DNA of 64,000 bases, from positions 74,289 to 138,288 of the forward strand of contig JANQFC010000027.1 of the NCBI GenBank assembly GCA_028278035.1. Reading direction: 5' to 3'. How positions within the stretch are numbered: the first letter of the stretch is position 1; each line of letters starts with the position of its first letter. A program made the position numbers and the translations under genes. Positions 1 to 8,886 of this stretch are shown here, piece after piece. The stretch is from Chlamydiales bacterium (GTDB taxonomy: Bacteria; Chlamydiota; Chlamydiia; Chlamydiales; SM23-39). Under the pieces are notes generated by a model, which had not been told where the DNA came from, ran no database searches, and worked only from the letters and a program-made list of their open reading frames with translations.

Positions 1-389
1 GTAGGTTTGAAAAACTGGGTTAACATGCAGTTAATGCAGGTTACATTCAGTCCTGTACCTGATAAATACACAGCAAGGCCTAGATGTAAATTAGATGTTG
101 TTAATATAAAACACCCGCTAGCCTGCAGAAGCATGCCTATTGCAAATAAAGACCTGTGGGAAAAAAGTCTTCCCGTTACAAAACCTCCAACTAAATGAAG
201 GGCATAATTAAAAGCAACAAAGCTTGCAGTAATTGTAGTGGCTGTTAAATCTGTTTGTTTAAGTCCATTTGTAATATACAAAACTAAAGTAGAATATAAA
301 ATGCTATAACTTAGAGTGGCAAATATTTGAATAAAAAATAAAGTAATGGACCCTATTTTTTGCTGTTTTTTTTCTTTTAATGTGCTCAT
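1..389 (-). CDS. POT/PTR2-like MFS peptide transporter, N-terminal part only (gene runs off left edge)
   Basis: Not in ORF track because no stop lies in the window. Manual translation from ATG at 389-387 gives MSTLKEKKQQKIGSITLFFIQIFATLSYSILYSTLVLYITNGL...VGGFVTGRLFSHR...GLAVYLSGTGLNV. The hydrophobic layout and motif order resemble the N-terminal signature region of POT-family transporters. Confidence 0.45.
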   Translation of the reverse strand, partial: MSTLKEKKQQKIGSITLFFIQIFATLSYSILYSTLVLYITNGLKQTDLTATTITASFVAFNYALHLVGGFVTGRLFSHRSLFAIGMLLQASGCFILTTSNLHLGLAVYLSGTGLNVTCINCMLTQFFKP

Positions 390-502
390 AAAATTTGAAG
401 TTTTTATTTTTATTCGTACCACAATAAAATATATTTTAAAATCTTTTTTCTTGTGTTATTATTTTATATGAAACTTTATTCTACTTAGAAACAGGGATCA
501 AG

Positions 503-1258
503 ATGGATAATTTATTGGAAATAAAAAAAATATCTAAAGTTTATAAAGACGATAAAAAAAAGATAGAAGCTTTAAAAAAAATAAGTTTGGATATTAAAAA
601 AGCAGAGATAATTACTCTTTTAGGGGTAAATGGGGCTGGTAAGACAACTCTTTCTTCAATCATAGCTACTTTATTAAAACCATCGGATGGCGATATTTTT
701 TATAAGGGAAGATCGATTTATTCGAATGTTGCTGATTTTAGAAATCAATTAGGTTTTTGTCCGCAGTTTCAAAATTTAGACATGGAGCTAAATGTTAGAG
801 AAAATCTTATTTTTGCAGGCAGGTATTACAGACTTTCTAGTAAAGAGATAAAAAAGAGAATAGAAGAGCTGCTTCAACAATTTGATCTAAAAAAATATGA
901 GGATTTTAATTTAAAGTCTTTATCAGGTGGATATAGACAAAGGTTTATGATAGCCAGAACCTTAGTTCACAGCCCTAAAATAATAATAATGGATGAGCCT
1001 ACTGTTGGATTAGATCCTAAACATAGAAGACTTTTATGGAAAAATATAATGGATTTAAAAGATGAGGGCAGAACCATTATTTTAACAACCCATTATCTGG
1101 ATGAAGCAGACATTTTATCTGACAGAGTGTGTGTTATTGACGAAGGTCAGATAAAAACAATTGATACTCCAAAGAGATTAAAAGAGATTTGGAAATCAAA
1201 AAATTTAGAAGATATATTTTTAGAGTTAATAAAAGAAAGAGATGTAAAAGATGATTAG
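503..1258 (+). CDS. ABC transporter ATP-binding subunit (ABC-2/DrrA-like exporter)
   Basis: Walker A GVNGAGKTT, ABC signature LSGGYRQR, Walker B IIIMDEPTVGLD. The stop overlaps the start of the downstream permease. Confidence 0.9.
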   Translation: MDNLLEIKKISKVYKDDKKKIEALKKISLDIKKAEIITLLGVNGAGKTTLSSIIATLLKPSDGDIFYKGRSIYSNVADFRNQLGFCPQFQNLDMELNVRENLIFAGRYYRLSSKEIKKRIEELLQQFDLKKYEDFNLKSLSGGYRQRFMIARTLVHSPKIIIMDEPTVGLDPKHRRLLWKNIMDLKDEGRTIILTTHYLDEADILSDRVCVIDEGQIKTIDTPKRLKEIWKSKNLEDIFLELIKERDVKDD

Positions 1259-2033
1259 ACTTTGGATGATAACTTTTTCTCAAATTGTATATAGGGAAAT
1301 AATAGTTTTTATAAAAATTATTAGAAGCAAGTTTATTGATTTAATAATAATGCTGACGACCAATGTTTTGGTTTTTACTTATTTAATGCCGTATTTCGGA
1401 TTGAAAACAGGGTATGGGGCTTTTTTAATAGCCGGATTAATACCTGTTATCGGTCTTTTTGAAGTAATGCCCAGAACCAATCAAATGATTGTGGATATTT
1501 CTGGCAATAAAAAAATATCTTATATTTTAACTCTGCCCCTTCCTACTATTTTGAGCTTAGCGGCCATTCCCATAGGCTGGGCGGCATGTGGGTCAATTTT
1601 TACTATTTTGATATTACCTATTGGTAAATTGATGCTTTTAAAAAAATTTGATTTATCAAACTTTTCTTATCTAAAGTTTTTTTTAAGTTTTTTCTCTATT
1701 AATATCTTGCTTGCTTTTTTTGCTTATTGGATAACTTCTTTAATTAAAGGAATGCAGTATTTTGCTTGGATATGGTCGAGGATTGTAAATCCTATTTTTA
1801 TGTTGGGGGGATATTTTTATACTTGGAAAGCTGTTTATGCTGCATCACATGCAGCCGGGCTGCTGAACTTGATAAATCCTTTGATATATTCAACAGAGGC
1901 TGTCAGATCTGCAATATTCGGTTCTGCTAAATATTTGCCTTTTTGGCTGAGCTTGTCAGCAATATGGGTGTTTATCTTGGTTTTTGCTTTTTTTAGTATT
2001 AAAAGAATTAAAAAAAGGCTTGATTGTGTATAA
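1251..2033 (+). CDS. ABC-2 type transporter permease
   Basis: 260 aa polytopic membrane protein with about 6 hydrophobic helices. An 8-nt overlap couples it to the upstream ATPase. Confidence 0.7.
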   Translation: MIRLWMITFSQIVYREIIVFIKIIRSKFIDLIIMLTTNVLVFTYLMPYFGLKTGYGAFLIAGLIPVIGLFEVMPRTNQMIVDISGNKKISYILTLPLPTILSLAAIPIGWAACGSIFTILILPIGKLMLLKKFDLSNFSYLKFFLSFFSINILLAFFAYWITSLIKGMQYFAWIWSRIVNPIFMLGGYFYTWKAVYAASHAAGLLNLINPLIYSTEAVRSAIFGSAKYLPFWLSLSAIWVFILVFAFFSIKRIKKRLDCV

Positions 2034-2054
2034 AGCGTATTTTATAAATAAGAT

Positions 2055-2939
2055 ATGATTACACAGCCGGCAAATTGGGAATTTCAGGTAATAGAGACTC
2101 TTCAAAAAATAAGATGTCCTGTTATTGATGATTTTTTTATAACTCTTAATTTTTTTGATTCTCCTGCGTTTTATTTTATGTTAATACCTTTTTTATGGCT
2201 GGGTTATAACTGGAGAGTAGGTGTAAAAGTCTTTTTTATTTTTATATTAAGCAATATTGTCAATGAACTATTAAAAGACTATTTTATGGCGCTTAGGCCA
2301 TTTGAGATAAATCCCATGTTTTATGTCATAAAAGTATCGGGCTTTAGCTTTCCATCGGGAGCCGCTCAAAGTTCTGTTATAATGCCTGTTATCTTGATAA
2401 GTACTTTTAAGAATAAAAAATGGCCTTGGATAGTGGGGATCAACTTTTTTTTCTGGATAAGTTTGTCTAGAATGTATTTGGGCGTACATTTTCCAAGAGA
2501 TATATTATTTGGTTGGTTTATAGGGGTTATAGTAGCTTTAGTTTATCTATATATATTTCCAATAATTGAAAACATGATAAGAAGAGTTAAATCAATCAAT
2601 GCTTATATTGTAAGTCAGGTATTTTTATTAAGCTGTTTATTTATTCCTCAGTCCAAAATATCACTTATGTATATTTTTGGTTCCTTAGGGGTAACTTTAG
2701 GGCTTTTGTTGTGTAGTAAGTATCATTTATTTTTAAAAATCCCTAAAAATTTTAAAGAGTTTTTTGTAAGAGTGTTTCTTTGTTTATTGGGGATATTTTT
2801 TATTAGTTACATTTTTCTAATATTGCCGCTTTTTCAAAATTATTATTATGTAAAAATAGCTATAGCTTTTTACATCTCTGGCGCGTGGCTTAGCTTTTTA
2901 TCTGCTTATTCTTATAAACGTTTTTTTTCAAAGCCTTAA
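2055..2939 (+). CDS. PAP2-superfamily membrane phosphatase
   Basis: PAP2 motifs are present: KDYFMALRP (KxxxxxxRP), SFPSGA (PSGH-like, but His replaced by Ala), SRMYLGVHFPRD (SRxxxxxHxxxD). There is an extra polytopic C-terminal extension of about 110 aa. Confidence 0.75.
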   Translation: MITQPANWEFQVIETLQKIRCPVIDDFFITLNFFDSPAFYFMLIPFLWLGYNWRVGVKVFFIFILSNIVNELLKDYFMALRPFEINPMFYVIKVSGFSFPSGAAQSSVIMPVILISTFKNKKWPWIVGINFFFWISLSRMYLGVHFPRDILFGWFIGVIVALVYLYIFPIIENMIRRVKSINAYIVSQVFLLSCLFIPQSKISLMYIFGSLGVTLGLLLCSKYHLFLKIPKNFKEFFVRVFLCLLGIFFISYIFLILPLFQNYYYVKIAIAFYISGAWLSFLSAYSYKRFFSKP

Positions 2940-3015
2940 GTTTAGAAATATACTTGTTTTATAATCATGGTTTTATATACTAATTTGCATTATTAAAAAA
3001 AGGAAGAATTTATCA

Positions 3016-3807
3016 TTGAGTATTAGAAGTGTAGATGGTCAGTATGGGAGTGTATTTTCTCAAAAAAAACAAGAGGAGTATACTTTAAAGAACCTTATTA
3101 ATATGATTAAATTAGGAAACCTAGTGAGTTTAAAGCAGGCTGTAAAACAATCTTCAACATTTTTGTTTGAGAAAGATAAAGATGGTTGGAGTCTTGCTCA
3201 TTATGCGGCTTTATATAGATCAAAAGACATCCTTAGATTTTTAGCGCAGGAAATGGGGGATTTTCTTTATGATAAAAATCGTGATGGTCTCGACCCTTTA
3301 CATTTAGCTTTTGGAGAGCTGGAGGAAGGGAGAGTAGAGGAAGATATTGCAGATTTTTTAATTTTTTTCATAAAAGAATTAGGAGCGAATCCATATAGCA
3401 GAGACGGGGAAGGCAAAAATGTTTTAGATAAGGCCGCTGCTGCGGGTTTAAATAATGTTATTATTGCTTTAGTAATAACCTGCAATATGAAGATGCATGG
3501 GGTGCATAAACCCTCTATTCATTATGCATTATTAAATAAACAATATTTTACTGCAAAACTTTTAGTTCAATTAGGATACCAAGTAAATTACCAGGGAAAA
3601 TGTGAAGACCTTTCTAGGAATGCAGAAGTATTAACTACTTGTTTGCATTATGTTATTTATGAAAATCAGCTTGATGCAGTGAAATTTTTAATTGAAGAGT
3701 TGAATGCTGATACAACTTTGACCGATTGGCGTTATAATAAAACACCTTTAGAGATTGCTCGAGAATTAGAATTTCAGGCAATAGAGAAGTATTTAAAAGA
3801 GCGATAA
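3016..3807 (+). CDS. Ankyrin-repeat protein
   Basis: ANK-like units: DGWSLAHYAALYRSKDILRFL, DGLDPLHLAF, GKNVLDKAAAAGLNNVIIALV, TCLHYVIYENQLDAVKFLIEE. TTG start with AAGGAAG about 10 nt upstream. Confidence 0.75.
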   Translation: MSIRSVDGQYGSVFSQKKQEEYTLKNLINMIKLGNLVSLKQAVKQSSTFLFEKDKDGWSLAHYAALYRSKDILRFLAQEMGDFLYDKNRDGLDPLHLAFGELEEGRVEEDIADFLIFFIKELGANPYSRDGEGKNVLDKAAAAGLNNVIIALVITCNMKMHGVHKPSIHYALLNKQYFTAKLLVQLGYQVNYQGKCEDLSRNAEVLTTCLHYVIYENQLDAVKFLIEELNADTTLTDWRYNKTPLEIARELEFQAIEKYLKER

Positions 3808-3809
3808 TT

Positions 3810-4724
3810 ATGAGTGTAGCTGTTACTTCGGGGGTTTTAGATTATTGTGACTCGGCCACGAAAGTAGCAGAAATTAATTTAGATAGTTTGATTCAAGCTG
3901 TTTTATCGGGAGATATTTATTCTTTAAGACTTTTTAAAAATAGAAATATTGATCCCAATCAAATATACAACGGTCCTGATTTAAAAGATATATGCAAGCT
4001 TCAGTCGAAAAAAGCTCAGCTACTTCAAAGCTGTATTGGTTTTTCTTCAATACATATTGCTATAATGATAAAATCCGAGATGAGCTTGGTTACTTTGCTG
4101 GAATATGAAAAAGCCAATGTAAACGTTAGAGATGCAATTGGCAGAACGCCTCTGCACTTAGCAGCTGAACACGATGATCCTTATTATGTGGACCTTTTAA
4201 TAAATAAATATCATGCAGATACTCAGGTTGTAGCAAAAAATGGTCAGACTGCTGTATTTAATGCAGTTAAAGTTAATAGTCCGTTAGTTGTCAGATCTTT
4301 AGTTAAAACGTATGGTTTTAATATAAATCTAAAAGATGCGAAAAATTTAACGCCTTTCTTATACGCTCTTAATAATAAGCATTATAATATGATGAAGTTT
4401 TTAGTAAGAGAGCTAAATGTAGATGTTAATTCTTCAGAGTTTCGAGGCTTTGCGCCCTTATTTTATGCTCATGAAGCACTTGATACCGAACTTATGACTT
4501 TTTTAGTAAAGATATTAAAAGCAGATGTTAATATTAAAAGTTCAGGCGGAGAAACTTGTTTGCATAGGGCTGTATTGAAAAATCAAAAAACAATTGTTAA
4601 ACTTTTAATAGAACAATTACATGCAGATATGTCTATTCGCGATAGTAGTGATAGATTGCCCTCAGATTTAGTTTCTTGTAAAACAGCGTCGGAAATCATA
4701 AGTTTACTGATAGCAAAAGATTAA
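3810..4724 (+). CDS. Ankyrin-repeat protein
   Basis: Clear ANK consensus (GRTPLHLAAEHDDPYYVDLLI, NGQTAVFNAVKVNSPLVVRSLV, NLTPFLYALNNKHYNMMKFLV, GETCLHRAVLKNQKTIVKLLI). Starts 2 nt after the previous ANK gene. Confidence 0.85.
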   Translation: MSVAVTSGVLDYCDSATKVAEINLDSLIQAVLSGDIYSLRLFKNRNIDPNQIYNGPDLKDICKLQSKKAQLLQSCIGFSSIHIAIMIKSEMSLVTLLEYEKANVNVRDAIGRTPLHLAAEHDDPYYVDLLINKYHADTQVVAKNGQTAVFNAVKVNSPLVVRSLVKTYGFNINLKDAKNLTPFLYALNNKHYNMMKFLVRELNVDVNSSEFRGFAPLFYAHEALDTELMTFLVKILKADVNIKSSGGETCLHRAVLKNQKTIVKLLIEQLHADMSIRDSSDRLPSDLVSCKTASEIISLLIAKD

Positions 4725-4786
4725 TTGTTTGCATTAATTTGCTATAAAGAATAAATTTTAATCGCTTAAATTTTGCGGTAAAAAGC

Positions 4787-6625
4787 ATGTCTGTTTTGCA
4801 AACAAGTAATTTTTTTCAGTCTTTATATGATAAATTCCAAAGAGGATTATATTTAAACGATAAATTTGAAGAGTCGAAGGTAGATGTTCGATTATTAAAA
4901 TTCGGAAAATTTATAGGTGCTCTTCCTCAGTATTCTATAAACCGTATAGTTTTGAGCGTGCTTGAGAAAAGTAAAGAGCTTGTCAATAACTTTGATGATC
5001 GAGGCGAAACTGCGAATATTGAAATTGCCAGTGAAGAAGAATTGAAATATGCATGGAAGGTTTTGGCTTTTTTAGAAAAAAAATCATCAGTTAGTATAGA
5101 GAATAAAGGGACTCTTCAAATTTATAGGGCACACTGTTCAGATTTATTTAATAGGATAAAGGCATATGAATTAGCGGCAAAAAGATGTCAGGCTAGGTGG
5201 AAAGCAAAAATTGAGGCTGAGAGAACTAGAAGGTATTTCATTTTACCTAAGAATATAGAATTATTGAGAAAAGAACTTTCAAATTATAGATTTTTAGATA
5301 CAGAGGGCAAGGTTTATGAGTTTTGTAGGTTTTTATCTCAAATGATGAAAATATATTATGAAAGAGGGGTTAAATATAGATTTGATAGGCATAAGTCTTA
5401 TAGGATTCTTGATGTAAATTATGATTGTTTTGGGGTGGATTTTTGGTTTCAATTAGATAAGGAAAGACATGAAGTGTTTTTATATTTTAAACTTCCTGTT
5501 AAGTTAGGTGGTGGTGGATTTAAAGATGTATTTGCATCAAAAACATTTACTATTTCCATGCCTTATCATAATGGTCTTACAAGGGTTGTTACATATCAGC
5601 CTACAGGTTTTGCTCAAATAGTCTCTGGTAAAAAAAGTTTGCAAAAAGATGTTCTTAGAGGTCTTAAAGTTCAAAAACAACTAATACAGCAACTTTCGAA
5701 TGCTAGAAATATAGCGGTGTTGCCACTTTTTAAAGGAGATCACAACAACCGTCTAGAGCTTATTTTTCCTTGGTATAACGGCGATTTTTTTACTGTTAAC
5801 AATTCTTTAAGAGGAGCGCCGTTAGATATTGATAAAACTTCATACAAAATCTTGACATTAGAAGATAAAATGAACGTTCTAATAGATATTGGAATGGTCC
5901 TTGCGAAAATGCATAAAATGGCATTGGTGCACAGAGATGTAAAAGCTACAAATGTTTTAGTAAGATATGAAGGTGACAACTTATGGTCAGGCCATTTAAA
6001 TGATTTTGATTTAATTGAAGAGTTCGGAAAATGCTCTAACGCAAGAAAATATTGTTATTGGGATTTAGCATCTCAAGAAGGATGGGCAATTCCTACTTCA
6101 GATGCATATGGACTTCTAATGTGTATGGGCGAGGCTTTTTTTGGCAAAGAGTTTTTAGATAATTTTGTGTTTCATAGGGAAAAGTTTAAAGAAACTAGCT
6201 ATTTTACAATGCTGGAGAGAATTGTCTCGAAAAAAGTAAAAAATGAAATTGAAAGCTTAGGGGTGCAGATGGAAAGAGAATCTTATAATACCGACTGTCC
6301 CTCTAAAATTGATTTAGAGCTTCAGTATGTAGTCGATGTTTTAAGGAAATGTGATTTAACACAAGAGCAAAGACAGGGTTTAAATAGACTGAAAAAGGAA
6401 ATAAGAATTTTAGAGATAAACCATAATTTTATCCGGGAGTGTATAGAGAGAGATAAACAGCTTTATAAAATTCTTACTCAAGATCTTTCCTTGCAGCGTA
6501 AATTAGTATACAGCGATGTTCAACAAAAATTAGTCGGAGCTGAAATTTTATATGATATTTTTCCATCAGTTGAACAATTGATGCAAAGATGTATTTCTAT
6601 AAGAGATATTTTAAGAGCGGAATAA
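4787..6625 (+). CDS. Divergent protein-kinase-fold protein (eukaryote-like, effector candidate)
   Basis: Catalytic loop LVHRDVKATNVLV (HRDxKxxN). DFD in place of DFG (LNDFDLIEEFG). Gly-rich loop GGGGFKDVF. About 230 aa at the N-terminus and about 130 aa of helical C-terminus match no family I recognise. Confidence 0.65.
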   Translation: MSVLQTSNFFQSLYDKFQRGLYLNDKFEESKVDVRLLKFGKFIGALPQYSINRIVLSVLEKSKELVNNFDDRGETANIEIASEEELKYAWKVLAFLEKKSSVSIENKGTLQIYRAHCSDLFNRIKAYELAAKRCQARWKAKIEAERTRRYFILPKNIELLRKELSNYRFLDTEGKVYEFCRFLSQMMKIYYERGVKYRFDRHKSYRILDVNYDCFGVDFWFQLDKERHEVFLYFKLPVKLGGGGFKDVFASKTFTISMPYHNGLTRVVTYQPTGFAQIVSGKKSLQKDVLRGLKVQKQLIQQLSNARNIAVLPLFKGDHNNRLELIFPWYNGDFFTVNNSLRGAPLDIDKTSYKILTLEDKMNVLIDIGMVLAKMHKMALVHRDVKATNVLVRYEGDNLWSGHLNDFDLIEEFGKCSNARKYCYWDLASQEGWAIPTSDAYGLLMCMGEAFFGKEFLDNFVFHREKFKETSYFTMLERIVSKKVKNEIESLGVQMERESYNTDCPSKIDLELQYVVDVLRKCDLTQEQRQGLNRLKKEIRILEINHNFIRECIERDKQLYKILTQDLSLQRKLVYSDVQQKLVGAEILYDIFPSVEQLMQRCISIRDILRAE

Positions 6626-6663
6626 CTTTTAATAATTAAAATAATTTTTAAAAAATTACAATA

Positions 6664-6745
6664 TGCCCAGGATAGGACTCGAACCTACACACCTTGCGGC
6701 ACCAGATCCTAAGTCTGGCGTGTCTACCAATTTCACCACCTGGGC
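6664..6745 (-). tRNA. tRNA-Leu (anticodon UAG)
   Basis: Reverse complement folds as a class II tRNA. Acceptor GCCCAGG/CCTGGGC, anticodon arm CCAGA-CTTAGGA-TCTGG, long variable arm, T arm GTAGG-TTCGAGT-CCTAT. No encoded CCA. Confidence 0.85.
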
Positions 6746-6809
6746 ATAAAAGATGAATCTAATTTAGTATTTTTTTTTATTAAAATCAAGGGCAAGAAAA
6801 AGTAAAAAA

Positions 6810-7295
6810 TTATTTTTCTGTATTTGTTGCTATATTTTCATCAGGCTCATATATGGGGTAGGCTTCAAAACCTTCTTCCCTAATAGCAAAAATTAATTTA
6901 GCAACAGGTTCCCAGGAAGCGTCCTTGTCAATATGAAGCAATACTTGTGTTTGAGCTTTTTCTTTAGGTAAAAGTCCAATTTCAAACTGATGGTGAAGTT
7001 CTTTTTGGATTTTATCCAAAGTATCCATTGGATATGTCTGGATATCCGTTATCCACTTGTAATTGCCTTCGTTAGTAACACTTAAATTTATCTGAAAAGG
7101 CTCGTCAGATTGCTGGATAGGGGCTGCTCCCTCTTCTGTTTTTAACTGTACTAGATTTAATTTAGTATCATATAAAGATGCCCTGGATACTGCTAAAGTT
7201 GCAAAAAAGGCTAACATTAAAAATAAAAAATCTATCATAGGAGCAAAATTAAAACTGGATCCTGACTTCAACTTATCTTCCGGAATAAGGCTCAT
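6810..7295 (-). CDS. ExbD/TolR-family biopolymer transport protein
   Basis: 161 aa. A single N-terminal TM with the typical FNFAPMIDFLFLMLAFF segment, then a periplasmic domain. Lies directly downstream of the ExbB/TolQ gene. Confidence 0.75.
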   Translation of the reverse strand: MSLIPEDKLKSGSSFNFAPMIDFLFLMLAFFATLAVSRASLYDTKLNLVQLKTEEGAAPIQQSDEPFQINLSVTNEGNYKWITDIQTYPMDTLDKIQKELHHQFEIGLLPKEKAQTQVLLHIDKDASWEPVAKLIFAIREEGFEAYPIYEPDENIATNTEK

Positions 7296-7306
7296 TAGCT
7301 ACTCCT

Positions 7307-8053
7307 TTATAATGCTTTTTTTCTTGTTACTTTAGAATGTATTAAACTACTTAAAGAAAATGCTTCATTCTCAACTAAGTTTAAAGTTTTAACCAATCGA
7401 AATTTAAGTGTTGCATGAAATATCATTGCTATAATTGCTACGACCAGTCCGGCCACGGTAGTTCCGATCGCTATTCCTAGACCATCGAATAATGATGCTA
7501 TGGAATCTATTGATCTGTTCATATCATAAAAGGCATAAAACATTCCTATTACCGTACCTAAGAGACCTAACATAGGAGCTATGATTACTATATCATTTAA
7601 AAGGCCCATTCTTTGCCAGAATTTAGTGGTAAAGCGCTGACCTTCTGATTTCATAGAGTCTACAATAAACTGAGGGCCGTTAGATCTGGCCGATATGCCG
7701 GATGCTATCAAACTTGCAAATAAGTTATTGTTTGCATTACAGTAGCTTTGAGCTTTATCGAATTCTTTTTTTAGTAAGTATTGTTTTAAGTCCGTTTTCA
7801 TTTTGTCAGACATATTGCTGTCTTTTCTAAAAGAAAAAATACAGTATATCCAAATAGCTACGGCACCTACAGATAAAGTAAGTAACACTGAATAAATAAC
7901 AGGGGATGCGAAAAATATTTCTTTTATATCTAAGGTAGTTGTGAACTTATCTTTTAAAGACAGTTTTGTATCATTTGCATAAATAAAATTTGTGAATAAT
8001 AACAGCAATGTAAGCAAGATATTTTTCTTCATTAAGATTCTGAATATTTTCAT
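7307..8053 (-). CDS. MotA/TolQ/ExbB-family proton channel protein
   Basis: 248 aa. Signal/TM, then the conserved C-terminal block IAPMLGLLGTVIGMFYAF...GIAIGTTVAGLVVAI typical of ExbB/TolQ. Confidence 0.8.
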   Translation of the reverse strand: MKIFRILMKKNILLTLLLLFTNFIYANDTKLSLKDKFTTTLDIKEIFFASPVIYSVLLTLSVGAVAIWIYCIFSFRKDSNMSDKMKTDLKQYLLKKEFDKAQSYCNANNNLFASLIASGISARSNGPQFIVDSMKSEGQRFTTKFWQRMGLLNDIVIIAPMLGLLGTVIGMFYAFYDMNRSIDSIASLFDGLGIAIGTTVAGLVVAIIAMIFHATLKFRLVKTLNLVENEAFSLSSLIHSKVTRKKAL

Positions 8054-8170
8054 AGAAATTTTTACTCCTATAACATCTCTTAAAATTGGAGAATACCAAT
8101 TAATTTTTGAATCTTCAAGAAATAATTTAAATATAGCAAGTAAAAGGCTTCAAATATATAATTTTTATCT

Positions 8171-8836
8171 ATGAAAACAAAAGATTTGCATATTCCTTTT
8201 GATTGGGAAAATAGACAGCCGGTTATTGTTAATAGGCTTTTATATGTTCCAGCTTATTTTACTGAACATAAAAAATTTGATGAAAAGATAACTTTTGAAA
8301 AAAAGCAGCCTTTGAATATCGAGTACTGTTCAGGCAATGGTCAGTGGATAATAGACAAAGCGAAAAGCCATCCCGATATTAACTGGATAGCTGTTGAAAT
8401 GGATTTTCAGAGGGCTAGGAAAATTTGGGTTAAAATGCATAATGAAAATTTAAATAATCTCTTTGTTGTTATGGGCGAGGCTAAAACTTTTACAAAATAT
8501 TATCTTTTAAAAGAATCTATAGATAATATTTTTATAAATTTTCCGGATCCCTGGCCTAAAAAAAAGCATGCTAAAAATAGACTTTTGAAAAAAGATTTTT
8601 TAACGGAAGTTTCCAGAGTTTTGAAGCAAGATCATGAAATTACTGTGGTCACGGATGATACTGTATATTCCAAGCAGGCAATAGATACTTTTGTAGAACA
8701 TAAAGATTATCAAAATATCTATCCTAGTCCGTATTATGTAAATGAACTTATAGATTACGGGGCTTCTTATTTTAATGATTTGTTTGTTTCTCAAAAAAAA
8801 GATATTTTTTATATAAAATTTAAAAAACAGATCTAG
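8171..8836 (+). CDS. trmB: tRNA (guanine-N7)-methyltransferase
   Basis: SAM-binding block IEYCSGNGQW and the TrmB hallmark FPDPWPKKKHAKNRL. Confidence 0.85.
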   Translation: MKTKDLHIPFDWENRQPVIVNRLLYVPAYFTEHKKFDEKITFEKKQPLNIEYCSGNGQWIIDKAKSHPDINWIAVEMDFQRARKIWVKMHNENLNNLFVVMGEAKTFTKYYLLKESIDNIFINFPDPWPKKKHAKNRLLKKDFLTEVSRVLKQDHEITVVTDDTVYSKQAIDTFVEHKDYQNIYPSPYYVNELIDYGASYFNDLFVSQKKDIFYIKFKKQI

Positions 8837-8886
8837 CTTTTCAAATTAATTAAAATCAGTTATATCGAAAAGAAAAGCATGTTTTT

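Noticed and set aside
7-198. 63-aa plus-strand ORF at the left edge
   Set aside because: It lies antisense to a much better minus-strand reading (the POT-like transporter N-terminus starting at 389). It has no SD and an odd composition.
6810-8053. A complete Tol-Pal or TonB system
   Set aside because: Only the ExbB/TolQ and ExbD/TolR homologues are present. The next downstream element is tRNA-Leu, and no TonB/TolA, TolB or Pal gene lies nearby, so the pair cannot be assigned to either system.
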